A stretch of 64,000 bases of DNA from the NCBI GenBank assembly GCA_965213685.1, contig CBDBZY010000036.1, positions 32,001-96,000 on the forward strand. Reading direction: 5' to 3'. This DNA comes from a bacterium. Lineage in GTDB: Bacteria; UBA8248. Below, piece by piece: positions 48,587-57,709 of this stretch; within the stretch, counting starts at the first letter, position 1; each line of letters opens with the position of its first letter. The translations under genes were made by a program, and so were the position numbers. The notes under the pieces were generated by a model. It was not told the DNA's origin, searched no databases, and was given only the letters and a program-made list of their open reading frames with translations.

Positions 48587-49995
48587 CGAACAGGCTCTCC
48601 CCACAGGAAGTCCGCTCTCGCGGCAACGGGCCGGGATGCGTTTGTTTTCGGCACGGAGCCCAGGCGCATCCGAAGCGTGCGCCCCATGCAATCGTCCGGG
48701 CCGGAAGCCAGCACCCGGACGTAATTGTCCGACAGGCCGGTGAGGAAACCATCCTCCGTTCGCCTGCTTTCGAACAGCACGTCCGCCTCTGTGCCCGTTT
48801 GCGAGGAGACGAACGCGGTCCATTTCCTGTGCCCCAGCTCCTGGAGTGCGCGGACGCGATTTTTTTGCTCGCCGCGCGAAATTCTTCCCGGCATCCGGAT
48901 GGCCGGCGTTCCCTCGCGCGGCGAATACGGGAACACGTGCAGATACGCCAGCGGAGACTCCCGCACCCACTCCATGGTGCGCTCAAACGCCCGTCCGCTC
49001 TCGCCGGGGAATCCCACGATAAAATCTCCGCCCAGGCACGCCCCGTCTATTCCGTTCGCCACCTCCTCGAAACGGCGCGCGCATCGGGCGGCGGTGTAAT
49101 TGCGGTTCATCGCCCCCAGAGTCGCATCGTCCCCGCTTTGCACGGGGATATGAAAATGCCGGCATACGTAACTCTCCCCGGCCGCCGCACCCGGTCGATA
49201 CGCCTCGTTCGCCACAACGCGCACAAGCTCGCGCGTGAATTCGCCCGGCTCCACGGAGGAGAGCCGCAGGCGGAACCTCCCCTTCATTTCCAGCAATCGC
49301 TTCACCAGGCGGCTCAAGGTGCTGCGCGGCTTCCTGTCCCTGCCGTATGCGCCGAGATGAACGCCGGTGAGCACCAGCTCCTCGTGCCCGCCCGACAGGA
49401 GCAAGGCGGCGTGCTTCACGCATGCGTCCGGGTCGAGCGAGCGGCTCCTCCCGCGGGCGATTGTCGTTGCGCAAAAGGCGCAGGAAAAATCGCACCCGTC
49501 CTGCACCTTGAGGTATGCCCGCGTCCGGCTCCCGAACGGGTGCAGGACGACGCTTTCGATGTCGCGCACCTCCTCTATGGGAGAGGCCCGCACCGCCGGC
49601 CCCCCGTCGCCGGAAAGCGGTTTTTCCAGCTCCTCCGGGAGGCGCATCTTCTCGCTGTTGCCGAGCAGCAGGTCCGCTTCCGGAATCAGCATGTTGTCCG
49701 CGTTGGCCTGGGCGGAGCATCCCGCTATGACAACCCGGGCGTCCGCACCGCCCATCCGGCGCGCCCGGCGCGCGAGTCGCCTGCCCTCGCGGTCGGCCTC
49801 CGCCGTCACCGTGCAGGTATTCACCACGTAGACGTCCGCCTCGCCGTTGAACGGGACAAGCTCGAAGCCTGCATCCGCGCACAGGTGCTTCATGGCCTCG
49901 CCTTCGGCGTGGTTGAGCTTGCAGCCCAGATTTGTCAGGGCGAGGCGTCGGGGCTTCGCTCTGCGGGTCCTCGTGCCTTCGCCGGCCGGGTTCAT
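48583..49995 (-). CDS. mtaB: tRNA t6A37 methylthiotransferase
   Basis: LGCKLN, NTCTVT, KVQDGCDFSCAFC, GVHLGAYG, VGFPGE, HVFPYSPREGT, TRAM-like end. Confidence 0.92.
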   Translation of the reverse strand: MNPAGEGTRTRRAKPRRLALTNLGCKLNHAEGEAMKHLCADAGFELVPFNGEADVYVVNTCTVTAEADREGRRLARRARRMGGADARVVIAGCSAQANADNMLIPEADLLLGNSEKMRLPEELEKPLSGDGGPAVRASPIEEVRDIESVVLHPFGSRTRAYLKVQDGCDFSCAFCATTIARGRSRSLDPDACVKHAALLLSGGHEELVLTGVHLGAYGRDRKPRSTLSRLVKRLLEMKGRFRLRLSSVEPGEFTRELVRVVANEAYRPGAAAGESYVCRHFHIPVQSGDDATLGAMNRNYTAARCARRFEEVANGIDGACLGGDFIVGFPGESGRAFERTMEWVRESPLAYLHVFPYSPREGTPAIRMPGRISRGEQKNRVRALQELGHRKWTAFVSSQTGTEADVLFESRRTEDGFLTGLSDNYVRVLASGPDDCMGRTLRMRLGSVPKTNASRPVAARADFLWGEPVR

Positions 49996-50089
49996 GCGCG
50001 TTGTCCGTCCATATAGAAAAGGATAAAAAAGGGCGTTTCCGTAGCGAATCTTACGCCCTGCATAAATTGGCCCGCAAGGGCTATCCCGC

Positions 50090-50119
50090 TTGACTTGGCA
50101 GAGGCGCAGTTGGTAGTGT
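50090..50119 (+). promoter_or_regulatory. Putative sigma70 promoter for the cox-like cluster
   Basis: TTGACT-18nt-TAGTGT with an extended TG. Confidence 0.4.
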
Positions 50120-50306
50120 AGGCAGGCTCGCTTCAGAGTGAGAGAGGCACTTGTCTGGCCAGCCCGCTTGGGGAGGGATGAACCGGTCATCGCGCTCTGG
50201 GCGTTTTCCCTGGTTCCCTTCTGTCAGGTATCATTCGGCACCGGTTTTCTTTGTTGCGGTAGAAGTTGATATATTCTATCCAGCGCATGCAGGGAGAGAT
50301 TTTATA

Positions 50307-51179
50307 GTGTCTACCCGTGGTTTTGACTTCGTGGCTCCGACGACCATATCAGCGACCCTCCGGGCGGCAAAGGACAAGAGCGCAAAGTTCATCGCCGGCG
50401 GCACCAACTTCATGCCCGATCTCAGACATCAGCACGAGGCCCCGGCAGAAGTCGTGATTGACCTCATGAGAGTTTCCGCGCTCCGGGGGATATCCGCATC
50501 CAAGGGCGAGGTAAAACTCGGCGCCCTCACGACGATGACGGATTTGCTCGTCAACAAGGTCATCCTCAAGGAAGCGCCCGTCCTGGCGGAAATGTCCGCG
50601 AAGTTTGCCGGGCCGGTCATACGCAATCGCGCCACGGTGGCCGGCAACATCATCGACGGAGGCCCCGCCGCCGACGCCGTCCCCCCCCTGCTCGCCCTCA
50701 AGGCGAAGGTAAGGCTCGTCCGAGAGAAGGGAAGAAGAGCGGTGGATTTGGACAAATTCCTCACCGGGTACCGTCAAACGGCTATCAGGCCAGGAGAGTT
50801 GATCGCCAGCGTGACCTTCCCCGCGCCAGGCAGGAGCCACCGGTGGGGGTATTACAAACTGGCCCGCCGAAACGCCATGGCCATCACCGTAGTCGGCGTG
50901 GCGATCGTCCTGAAGATGAGGGGCCAAAAGGTGCAGGAGGCGGGGATTTCGCTGGGCTCCGTGACGCCGGCGCCCATCCGCTGCTATGAAGCCGAGAAAA
51001 TCCTGGAAGGCAACGTCGTGGATTTGGAGCTGGCGCAAAAGGCCGCTGAGGCTTGCGCCGCCGTGGCGACGCCGATTGACGACATCCGGGCATCCGCGGA
51101 ATACCGCAAGCTCATGTGCGAGGTCTTGCCGCGCCGTCTCATTTGCCAGGCGCTGGATATCCCGCAAGACAACGAATAG
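50307..51179 (+). CDS. Xanthine/CO dehydrogenase-family FAD-binding medium subunit (CoxM-like)
   Basis: IAGGTN, IRNRATVAGN, AD, PIDDIRASAEYR. Confidence 0.92.
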   Translation: MSTRGFDFVAPTTISATLRAAKDKSAKFIAGGTNFMPDLRHQHEAPAEVVIDLMRVSALRGISASKGEVKLGALTTMTDLLVNKVILKEAPVLAEMSAKFAGPVIRNRATVAGNIIDGGPAADAVPPLLALKAKVRLVREKGRRAVDLDKFLTGYRQTAIRPGELIASVTFPAPGRSHRWGYYKLARRNAMAITVVGVAIVLKMRGQKVQEAGISLGSVTPAPIRCYEAEKILEGNVVDLELAQKAAEACAAVATPIDDIRASAEYRKLMCEVLPRRLICQALDIPQDNE

Positions 51180-51229
51180 CGGACAGACATCATCCGTCTT
51201 GGAATGTATTGATTGGAGAATCTCCCGAC

Positions 51230-51796
51230 ATGGCTACAGCGAGCAAACCCAAACGAATGATCAGAAAAAAAGCGGCGAGCAAGCCTAGCGCGCCCGCATA
51301 CGAGCCGCCCAAGAAGCTGCCCATCGCATTCCGGGTGAACGGGCAGGAAGTCCGCGCCGAAGCCCCCGCGCACACCAGTCTGCTCTACCTGCTGCGCGAC
51401 CTCGGGTTCACGGAGGTGAAAAACGGCTGCGAGGCCGGCGACTGCGGCGCATGCACGATTCTTCTCGATGGATTGGCGATGAACGCTTGCTGTGCCCTCG
51501 GCGTCCAGGCGGACGGGCGCGAGATCACGACGGTCAAAGGCATCGGGACTGTGAACAACCTCCACCCGATACAGGAGAAGTTCATCGAGCACGGCGCCAT
51601 TCAGTGCGGGTTTTGCACGCCGGGCATGATAGTCGCCGCAAAAGAGCTGCTCGACAACACGCCGAACCCCAGTCGACAGGAGATCAAGGCGGGCATCGCG
51701 GGCAATCTGTGCCGTTGCACCGGCTATGTGAAGATCATCGACGCTATCGAGGCGGTTGCCGCAGAACTTTCCTCGAAGAAAGGGAAAAGGAAATAA
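51230..51796 (+). CDS. Xanthine/CO dehydrogenase-family [2Fe-2S] small subunit (CoxS-like)
   Basis: [28 protein letters not shown]. Confidence 0.94.
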   Translation: MATASKPKRMIRKKAASKPSAPAYEPPKKLPIAFRVNGQEVRAEAPAHTSLLYLLRDLGFTEVKNGCEAGDCGACTILLDGLAMNACCALGVQADGREITTVKGIGTVNNLHPIQEKFIEHGAIQCGFCTPGMIVAAKELLDNTPNPSRQEIKAGIAGNLCRCTGYVKIIDAIEAVAAELSSKKGKRK

Positions 51797-51798
51797 CC

Positions 51799-52743
51799 GT
51801 GAGCGTCTCATCGAACGCAACCAAGGAGCAACGGGCCTCCGCATCGGGATTCACGAGCGTGGATGATGTGCAGGATTCATTCCGAAGACTGGACTACATC
51901 TCCGACAGAACGCTGGCGACGACCCTCTTCCTGGCCACGAAACTCGAAAAGCCCCTTTTTCTGGAAGGGGAGGCGGGTGTAGGCAAGACCGAGCTCGCCA
52001 AGGTGCTGGCGAGTTCCATGGACACCGAACTCATTCGACTGCAGTGCTACGAAGGGCTGGACGCCAACTCCGCACTCTACGAATGGAACTACGCGAAACA
52101 GCTCCTGCACATCAAGATGGAGGAATCCAAGGATTCGGACGCCAAGTCGATTGAGAAGGACATTTTCAGCGAACAATACCTGATAGAGCGTCCCCTCCTT
52201 CGGGCGCTCTTGCGCTCCAAGGAAAAACCCGTCGTCTTGCTCATCGATGAAATTGATCGCTCCGACGAGGAGTTCGAGGCGTTCTTGCTGGAGATTTTGT
52301 CCGACTACCAGATTACGATCCCGGAGATGGGAACCGTCAAGGCAACCAGCAAGCCGCTGGTGGTGCTCACCAGCAACCGGACGCGCGAGATTCACGACGC
52401 CCTCAAGCGCCGCTGCCTCTACCTCTGGGTGGACTACCCATCCTTTGAAAAAGAGGTGGAGATCATCACGACGAAGGTTCCCGGCGTCAGCAATCGCCTG
52501 GCGGAGCAAATCTCCCGGTTCATGACGCAAGCCAGACAGATGGACTTCTACAAGCGCCCCGGGGTGGCGGAATCCCTGGATTGGGCCCAGGCGCTGCTCG
52601 CACTCCACCGCAGCGAGCTCGACATCGACGCCGTGCGGGAGACCATCGGCTGCATCCTGAAGTACCAGGACGACATCAAGCGCGTGGAAGACAACGGCAT
52701 CGACAGCATGGTCGCGACAGCGCAGCTCTCGCCCGACGCCTGA
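51799..52743 (+). CDS. MoxR-family AAA+ ATPase (CoxD-like)
   Basis: LEGEAGVGKT, RLQCYEGLD, LIDEIDRSDEEFEAFLLE, TSNRTR, DALKRRC. Confidence 0.93.
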   Translation: MSVSSNATKEQRASASGFTSVDDVQDSFRRLDYISDRTLATTLFLATKLEKPLFLEGEAGVGKTELAKVLASSMDTELIRLQCYEGLDANSALYEWNYAKQLLHIKMEESKDSDAKSIEKDIFSEQYLIERPLLRALLRSKEKPVVLLIDEIDRSDEEFEAFLLEILSDYQITIPEMGTVKATSKPLVVLTSNRTREIHDALKRRCLYLWVDYPSFEKEVEIITTKVPGVSNRLAEQISRFMTQARQMDFYKRPGVAESLDWAQALLALHRSELDIDAVRETIGCILKYQDDIKRVEDNGIDSMVATAQLSPDA

Positions 52744-52756
52744 TTCGAGCAATCCC

Positions 52757-54019
52757 GTGTCCACCATCCGCCCCATCGTGAACGGCACCCTGCCCAGGCG
52801 GCGGATCCGGGTAAAGGGACGGGGCCTCAAGGGAGAGATGATCGGCTTTTGCCGAATCCTGAGGCGCGCGGGCCTGAAAATCACTTCTGGCCGCATCATT
52901 GACGTATTCCGCTGTTTCGACTTTCTCGACGTTACGAACCTCGACAACATCTATACTTCCAGCAAGTCCAACCTCATCTCCAGCCAGGATGAGAGCATGA
53001 TATTCGACGCGGTATTTCGCCAATACTGGTTCGACGAGGAGGGCAACCCATACTCGGGCGACGAATCCGTGCAAGTCGACACGCAATTTGAGGAGGAAGG
53101 CGAGGGACAGGCCGGCGAGGGGGGCGGGACTTCCGAGGAGGGGGAATCGGACGCCGAGGGCGAGGGACAGGAAAACCCGGGACTTCCCTCGGAAGATGAC
53201 GTCGAGAGCGCCGCCGAGCCCGGTGAGCAGGGGGACGATGACGAGGGGGTGCCCTCCTACAGTCCCGCCGAAGTCATCTCGGACAAGGATTTCTCTTCCC
53301 TGGACATGGATCAGGTCGCCGAGCTCAGGCGCCTCATCGCAAAACTCGTCCCCAAGCTCGCCACCAAGATCAGCCGCCGCAAACGGCCTGACATGCGGTC
53401 TTCCGAAATTGACATGAGACGAAGCGTGAAAAGAAGCGTCCGCTCCGGCGGCGAGGTTCTCAAACTTATCCGCAGAAGAAGAAAGATACAAAAGACCCAG
53501 ATTGTGCTGATCTGCGACGTGTCGGGCTCCATGGACAGCTACAGCCAGTTCCTGATTCAGTTTCTCTATAGCCTGCAGAACGAGATCAAGTCGCTGCGCA
53601 CATTTGTGTTCAGCACCCGCCTCTCGGACGCCACGCCGTACTTGCGTCACAAAGACGTCCACACCGCCCTGCGGCGCCTGTCCATGGAGGTGCACGACTG
53701 GAGCGGCGGCACGCAAATCGGCAACTGCCTGAAGACGTTCAACTACGAATACGGCAGAACCATCCTGAACAGCCGCACCATCGTCATCATCATCTCGGAC
53801 GGCTGGGATCGGGGAGATACGGATACGCTGGCGAACGAAATGGACCGCCTCAAAAAAATCTGCTACAAGCTCTTCTGGCTCAATCCCCTCTTGGGCAGCC
53901 CCGGCTATCGACCGATAGACAGGGGAATGAGGACAGCCCTGCCCTATTGCGACGAATTCCTGGCCGCGCACAACCTAGACAGCCTCGTGGACATGACGAA
54001 CAAGATCGCGCACATATAG
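52757..54019 (+). CDS. VWA domain protein (CoxE-like)
   Basis: DVSGSM MIDAS, FSTRL, WSGGTQIG, ISDGWDRG, WLNPL. Confidence 0.92.
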   Translation: MSTIRPIVNGTLPRRRIRVKGRGLKGEMIGFCRILRRAGLKITSGRIIDVFRCFDFLDVTNLDNIYTSSKSNLISSQDESMIFDAVFRQYWFDEEGNPYSGDESVQVDTQFEEEGEGQAGEGGGTSEEGESDAEGEGQENPGLPSEDDVESAAEPGEQGDDDEGVPSYSPAEVISDKDFSSLDMDQVAELRRLIAKLVPKLATKISRRKRPDMRSSEIDMRRSVKRSVRSGGEVLKLIRRRRKIQKTQIVLICDVSGSMDSYSQFLIQFLYSLQNEIKSLRTFVFSTRLSDATPYLRHKDVHTALRRLSMEVHDWSGGTQIGNCLKTFNYEYGRTILNSRTIVIIISDGWDRGDTDTLANEMDRLKKICYKLFWLNPLLGSPGYRPIDRGMRTALPYCDEFLAAHNLDSLVDMTNKIAHI

Positions 54020-54130
54020 AGTCCATATTAGAGGGGATTCTCTTTCCCCGACGTCCGCCCCCCTATAAAATTCTCCCTGCGCACCAGCGCGTTGGCGAGT
54101 CGCGGCCACTTTTGCGGATCGAGAACGAAA

Positions 54131-54790
54131 TTGCCAAACCTGCTGATTTACACGGCCGATGAGGGGTTCGCCGACGCGCTCGGACGCGCGCTCAGGCGCG
54201 AGGGGCATTTTTGCAAAACGGTGCAAGACGAGACGACGGCCTTGCAGGAGGTGCGCGCCAGAGACCTCTCCCTGATATTGCTGGACGACGCCCCGGCACT
54301 CCCCGACGTGGCGGAAATGAGGAACTGGACTACCCTGCCGATACTCCTGCTCCTCGAACCCGACCGGCTGGCGATCATCCAGGCGCCCATCGAGGCGGAG
54401 GATATTCTGGTGAAACCCGTTCGGGAGGAAGAGCTTCTGTGCCGCGTCCGGAATCTCTGCCACCGCTCCGCCGCGGGCGCCGAGGGCGGAGACATCATCC
54501 AAAACAAAGGATTGACGCTTGATGAAAGCCGGTATGAAATCAGACTCGACGGGGAGCTCGTCGATTTGACGTATCGTGAGTTCGAGCTGTTGAAGCATTT
54601 GATGAGCAATCCGGAGCGCGTCTTCGACAGGGAGCAGCTTCTGAACCTCGTCTGGGGCGTCGACTATCTCGGAGGGCCCAGAACGGTAGACGTTCACATC
54701 CGCCGCATTCGCTCCAAAATCGAGAGCGGGGGCCATTCGTTCATCTCCACGGTGCGGGGGGTGGGGTATAAATTCATCGGCGAATCCTGA
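54131..54790 (+). CDS. OmpR-family regulator with atypical receiver (GlnR-like)
   Basis: LTYREFELL, VWGVDYLGGPRTVDVHIRRIRSK, TVRGVGY; directly upstream of glnA. Confidence 0.85.
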   Translation: MPNLLIYTADEGFADALGRALRREGHFCKTVQDETTALQEVRARDLSLILLDDAPALPDVAEMRNWTTLPILLLLEPDRLAIIQAPIEAEDILVKPVREEELLCRVRNLCHRSAAGAEGGDIIQNKGLTLDESRYEIRLDGELVDLTYREFELLKHLMSNPERVFDREQLLNLVWGVDYLGGPRTVDVHIRRIRSKIESGGHSFISTVRGVGYKFIGES

Positions 54791-54911
54791 CGCTCCGCCC
54801 CTGTCCGCAGAATCGAAAACCCGATGCGCGGAAACGAGGGGTAGAGCGTCCGCCATGTCATGTTGGCCCCGAATCGTTCTGGCGGCGGCATCGACGCATC
54901 TGGAGTTCATC

Positions 54912-56261
54912 ATGTCTGAAGCGTTTTTTGACGACAAGGATCGGGAATTTGTGCTGAACCAGGCCCGCGAGCTCGGCGTCCGGTTTATCCGGATGTGGTT
55001 CACCGATATCCTGGGCTTCCTGAAGAGTTTCGCCATCAGCATAGAGGAGCTGGAAAACGCGCTCTACGAGGGGCATCTTTTCGATGGCGCCGCCATAGAA
55101 GGGTTCGCGCGCATCGAGGAGAGCGACATGTTCGCCCATCCCGACCCCACGACGTTCTGCGTGCTGCCCTGGCGGCCCCAGGACGGCGGTGCCGTCGCGA
55201 GGATGTTCTGCGACATCAAGGACCCCGACGGCGACCCCTACGGGAGCGACCCCCGGTTCGTCCTGAGACGCACCCTGCAGGATGCGGCGCGGAAGGGATA
55301 CACGTTCTACGCAGGCGTGGAATACGAGCATTACTATTTCAAATCCCCCGAATTGCCGATCGAAACCCTCGACCAGGGAGGATACTTCGACCTCACTCCC
55401 CTGGACATCGCGAGCGATTTGCGGCGCGAGACGGTTTTGAATCTCGAGAAGATGGGGATTGGCGTGGAATACAGCCACCATGAGGTCGGGCCCAGCCAGC
55501 ATGAAATCGACTTACGCTATGGCGACGCGCTCACGATGGCGGACAATGCGATGACCTACCGGCTCGTCGTCAAGGAGGTGGCGATGCGGCACGGCGTGTA
55601 CGCCACCTTCATGCCCAAGCCGATATCGGAATCAAACGGCAATGGAATGCACACCCACCTTTCGCTGTTCCAGGGATCGGATAACGCATTCTACGACCCG
55701 GGCAAGCCCGGCGGCCTTTCCGACGCCTGCCAGGCCTTCATCGCCGGCCTGCTGAAATACGCTCCGGAAATGACGCTCGTCCTCAATCAATGGGTCAACA
55801 GCTACAAGCGTCTCGCCCCCGGTTTCGAGGCCCCCGTCTACATCACCTGGGCACACAAGAGCAGGAGCGACTTGATACGCATCCCCAGCACGCGCGCAGG
55901 AAGGGAGTCCGACACCCGAATCGAGCTGCGCTCCCCGGACTCGGCTTGCAATCCCTACCTGGCGTTCGCCTGCATGTTGGCGGCCGGCATGGCCGGAATC
56001 GACGAGGGACTGCCGCCGGTTCCCGCCGTAGAGGAGAACGTGTTCGAGATGAGCGAGGAGAGGCGTCAGCAGCATGGCGTACGAAGCCTGCCGGGAAACC
56101 TGCATGAAGCGACGGCGCTGGCCGAGAAGAGCGCTTTTCTGCAAAACGTGTTCGGGAGGCAGCTTTTCGACAAGTTCATCAAGAACAAGAAGCTCGAATG
56201 GGAGCCCTACCGGACCCACGTCTCGGACTTTGAACTCAAAAAATACCTCTCCATTCTGTGA
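54912..56261 (+). CDS. glnA: Glutamine synthetase family protein (type I)
   Basis: FTDILG, FDG, HHEVGPSQHEI, TFMPKP, NGNGMHTH, NSYKRL, RIELRSPD, NPYLA. Confidence 0.92.
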   Translation: MSEAFFDDKDREFVLNQARELGVRFIRMWFTDILGFLKSFAISIEELENALYEGHLFDGAAIEGFARIEESDMFAHPDPTTFCVLPWRPQDGGAVARMFCDIKDPDGDPYGSDPRFVLRRTLQDAARKGYTFYAGVEYEHYYFKSPELPIETLDQGGYFDLTPLDIASDLRRETVLNLEKMGIGVEYSHHEVGPSQHEIDLRYGDALTMADNAMTYRLVVKEVAMRHGVYATFMPKPISESNGNGMHTHLSLFQGSDNAFYDPGKPGGLSDACQAFIAGLLKYAPEMTLVLNQWVNSYKRLAPGFEAPVYITWAHKSRSDLIRIPSTRAGRESDTRIELRSPDSACNPYLAFACMLAAGMAGIDEGLPPVPAVEENVFEMSEERRQQHGVRSLPGNLHEATALAEKSAFLQNVFGRQLFDKFIKNKKLEWEPYRTHVSDFELKKYLSIL

Positions 56262-56338
56262 GTGCACAGCTCTTGCACTCGCATCGCGGATTCTTCATTT
56301 TCAGGGAGACCGGGGAGACGCCCGCGGGCCGGGGCGCG

Positions 56339-56668
56339 CTAGTCCGCGCAGGCGTCGGCCAGCCATTCGAGATAGGAAGCGCCCCCCGCATCCACCGGCA
56401 GGGATATGACCTCCGGCACGTCGTAGCTGTGGTTTTCGGCCAGGTGCTCGGAGAGGCCCTGCCGTTTTTCCTTCGTCGTCTTCATGATGAGCAGGACTTC
56501 CGCGTCGTCCTCCACCGCCCCCCGCCAGCGATAGATGCTCCGAATCCCCGGGATCAGGTTGACGCAAGCGCACAGCCTCTGCCCGATCAGGGATTTCGCA
56601 ATCCGCACCCCCTCCTCTTCCGATCCGACCGTCGTCATCACGACGCAAAACTCCTGGCCGTCTTTCAA
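56339..56668 (-). CDS. cutA: Divalent-cation tolerance protein CutA
   Basis: ACVNL, SIYRWRG, HSYDVPEVI, YLEWL. Confidence 0.93.
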   Translation of the reverse strand: MKDGQEFCVVMTTVGSEEEGVRIAKSLIGQRLCACVNLIPGIRSIYRWRGAVEDDAEVLLIMKTTKEKRQGLSEHLAENHSYDVPEVISLPVDAGGASYLEWLADACAD

Positions 56669-56681
56669 GGCTTCTCCTCCC

Positions 56682-57638
56682 TCATGCGCCCAGCATCCGC
56701 TCCGCCGCGCTGTAAGGGTCCACCCGCCGCGAGGCGATGGCGTCGAGGAGCTCCTCGAGTTCCCGACCCTCCGCTTCCCACCCCCCCATGCGCTCCGCCG
56801 CGAGTTCTCGCATCGCCTCGGCGAGCGTGATTCGGGCGCGTTCCCGCCCCAGGCGCATGGCTTCGTCCGGATTGTCCCGCAAAAACGACTTCCGCGCCTC
56901 GATGTGCCGGAGCAAATCGTCCATCCCTTCGCCCTCGAGGGCTTCCGTTTTCAGGACAGGCGGCCTCCAGGGGTGGGTCTCGTGCGGATCAAACTGAAAA
57001 TCCAGCATCTCCTCGATCTCCTGCGCCGTGCGATCCGCGCCATCTCGCCTCGCCTTGTTCACCACGAAAATATCGCCAATTTCCATGATGCCAGCCTTCG
57101 CCGCCTGGATGTGATCGCCGCCCCCGGGTGCCTGCACCAAAACGACCGCGTGCGCGTGTTGCATGATGTTCACCTCCCCCTGTCCCACGCCGACGGTTTC
57201 GATGATCACGACGTCCCAGCCCATGGCGTCCATGACGCACAGGGCGTCTCCCGTCGCGCGGGCGAGTCCGCCGAGGTGTCCCCGCGTGGCCATGCTCCGG
57301 ATGAAGACTTCCGGGTCCGTGTTGTGCCTGCCCATCCGGATGCGGTCGCCCAGAATGGCCCCGCCCGTGAACGGGCTTGTCGGATCCACGGCGATGACGC
57401 ACACCTTTTTGTCCCGGGCGCGCAAATCGCCAATCAGGCGGTCGGAGAGGGTGCTCTTCCCGACGCCGGGGGGGCCCGTGATCCCGATGATCAGGCTTTC
57501 CCCGCCCCTGCGATACAACTCTTGCAGAATCGGCCGCACTCCCGGGTCGTTATCCTCCACCAAGGAGATGAGCCGCGCCGCGGGACGCACCATTCCGGCC
57601 AAAATTTGAGAGGGTTGTATCCGGCCGCTTTCTTTCAT
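56682..57638 (-). CDS. meaB: MeaB/ArgK GTPase (methylmalonyl-CoA mutase chaperone)
   Basis: GITGPPGVGKST, AVDPTSPFTGGAILGDRIRM, ETVGVGQ, VNK. Confidence 0.93.
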   Translation of the reverse strand: MKESGRIQPSQILAGMVRPAARLISLVEDNDPGVRPILQELYRRGGESLIIGITGPPGVGKSTLSDRLIGDLRARDKKVCVIAVDPTSPFTGGAILGDRIRMGRHNTDPEVFIRSMATRGHLGGLARATGDALCVMDAMGWDVVIIETVGVGQGEVNIMQHAHAVVLVQAPGGGDHIQAAKAGIMEIGDIFVVNKARRDGADRTAQEIEEMLDFQFDPHETHPWRPPVLKTEALEGEGMDDLLRHIEARKSFLRDNPDEAMRLGRERARITLAEAMRELAAERMGGWEAEGRELEELLDAIASRRVDPYSAAERMLGA

Positions 57639-57709
57639 CCTGGCTTCACTATCAAGGGAGCATAAGGGAATGTCTGCCGGGCCTGCGCGAGGGAGAAGCG
57701 CGTCAGCCC

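Noticed and set aside
50307-54019. Aerobic CO dehydrogenase
   Set aside because: No coxL is present, so the AYxCSFR signature and the substrate cannot be assessed
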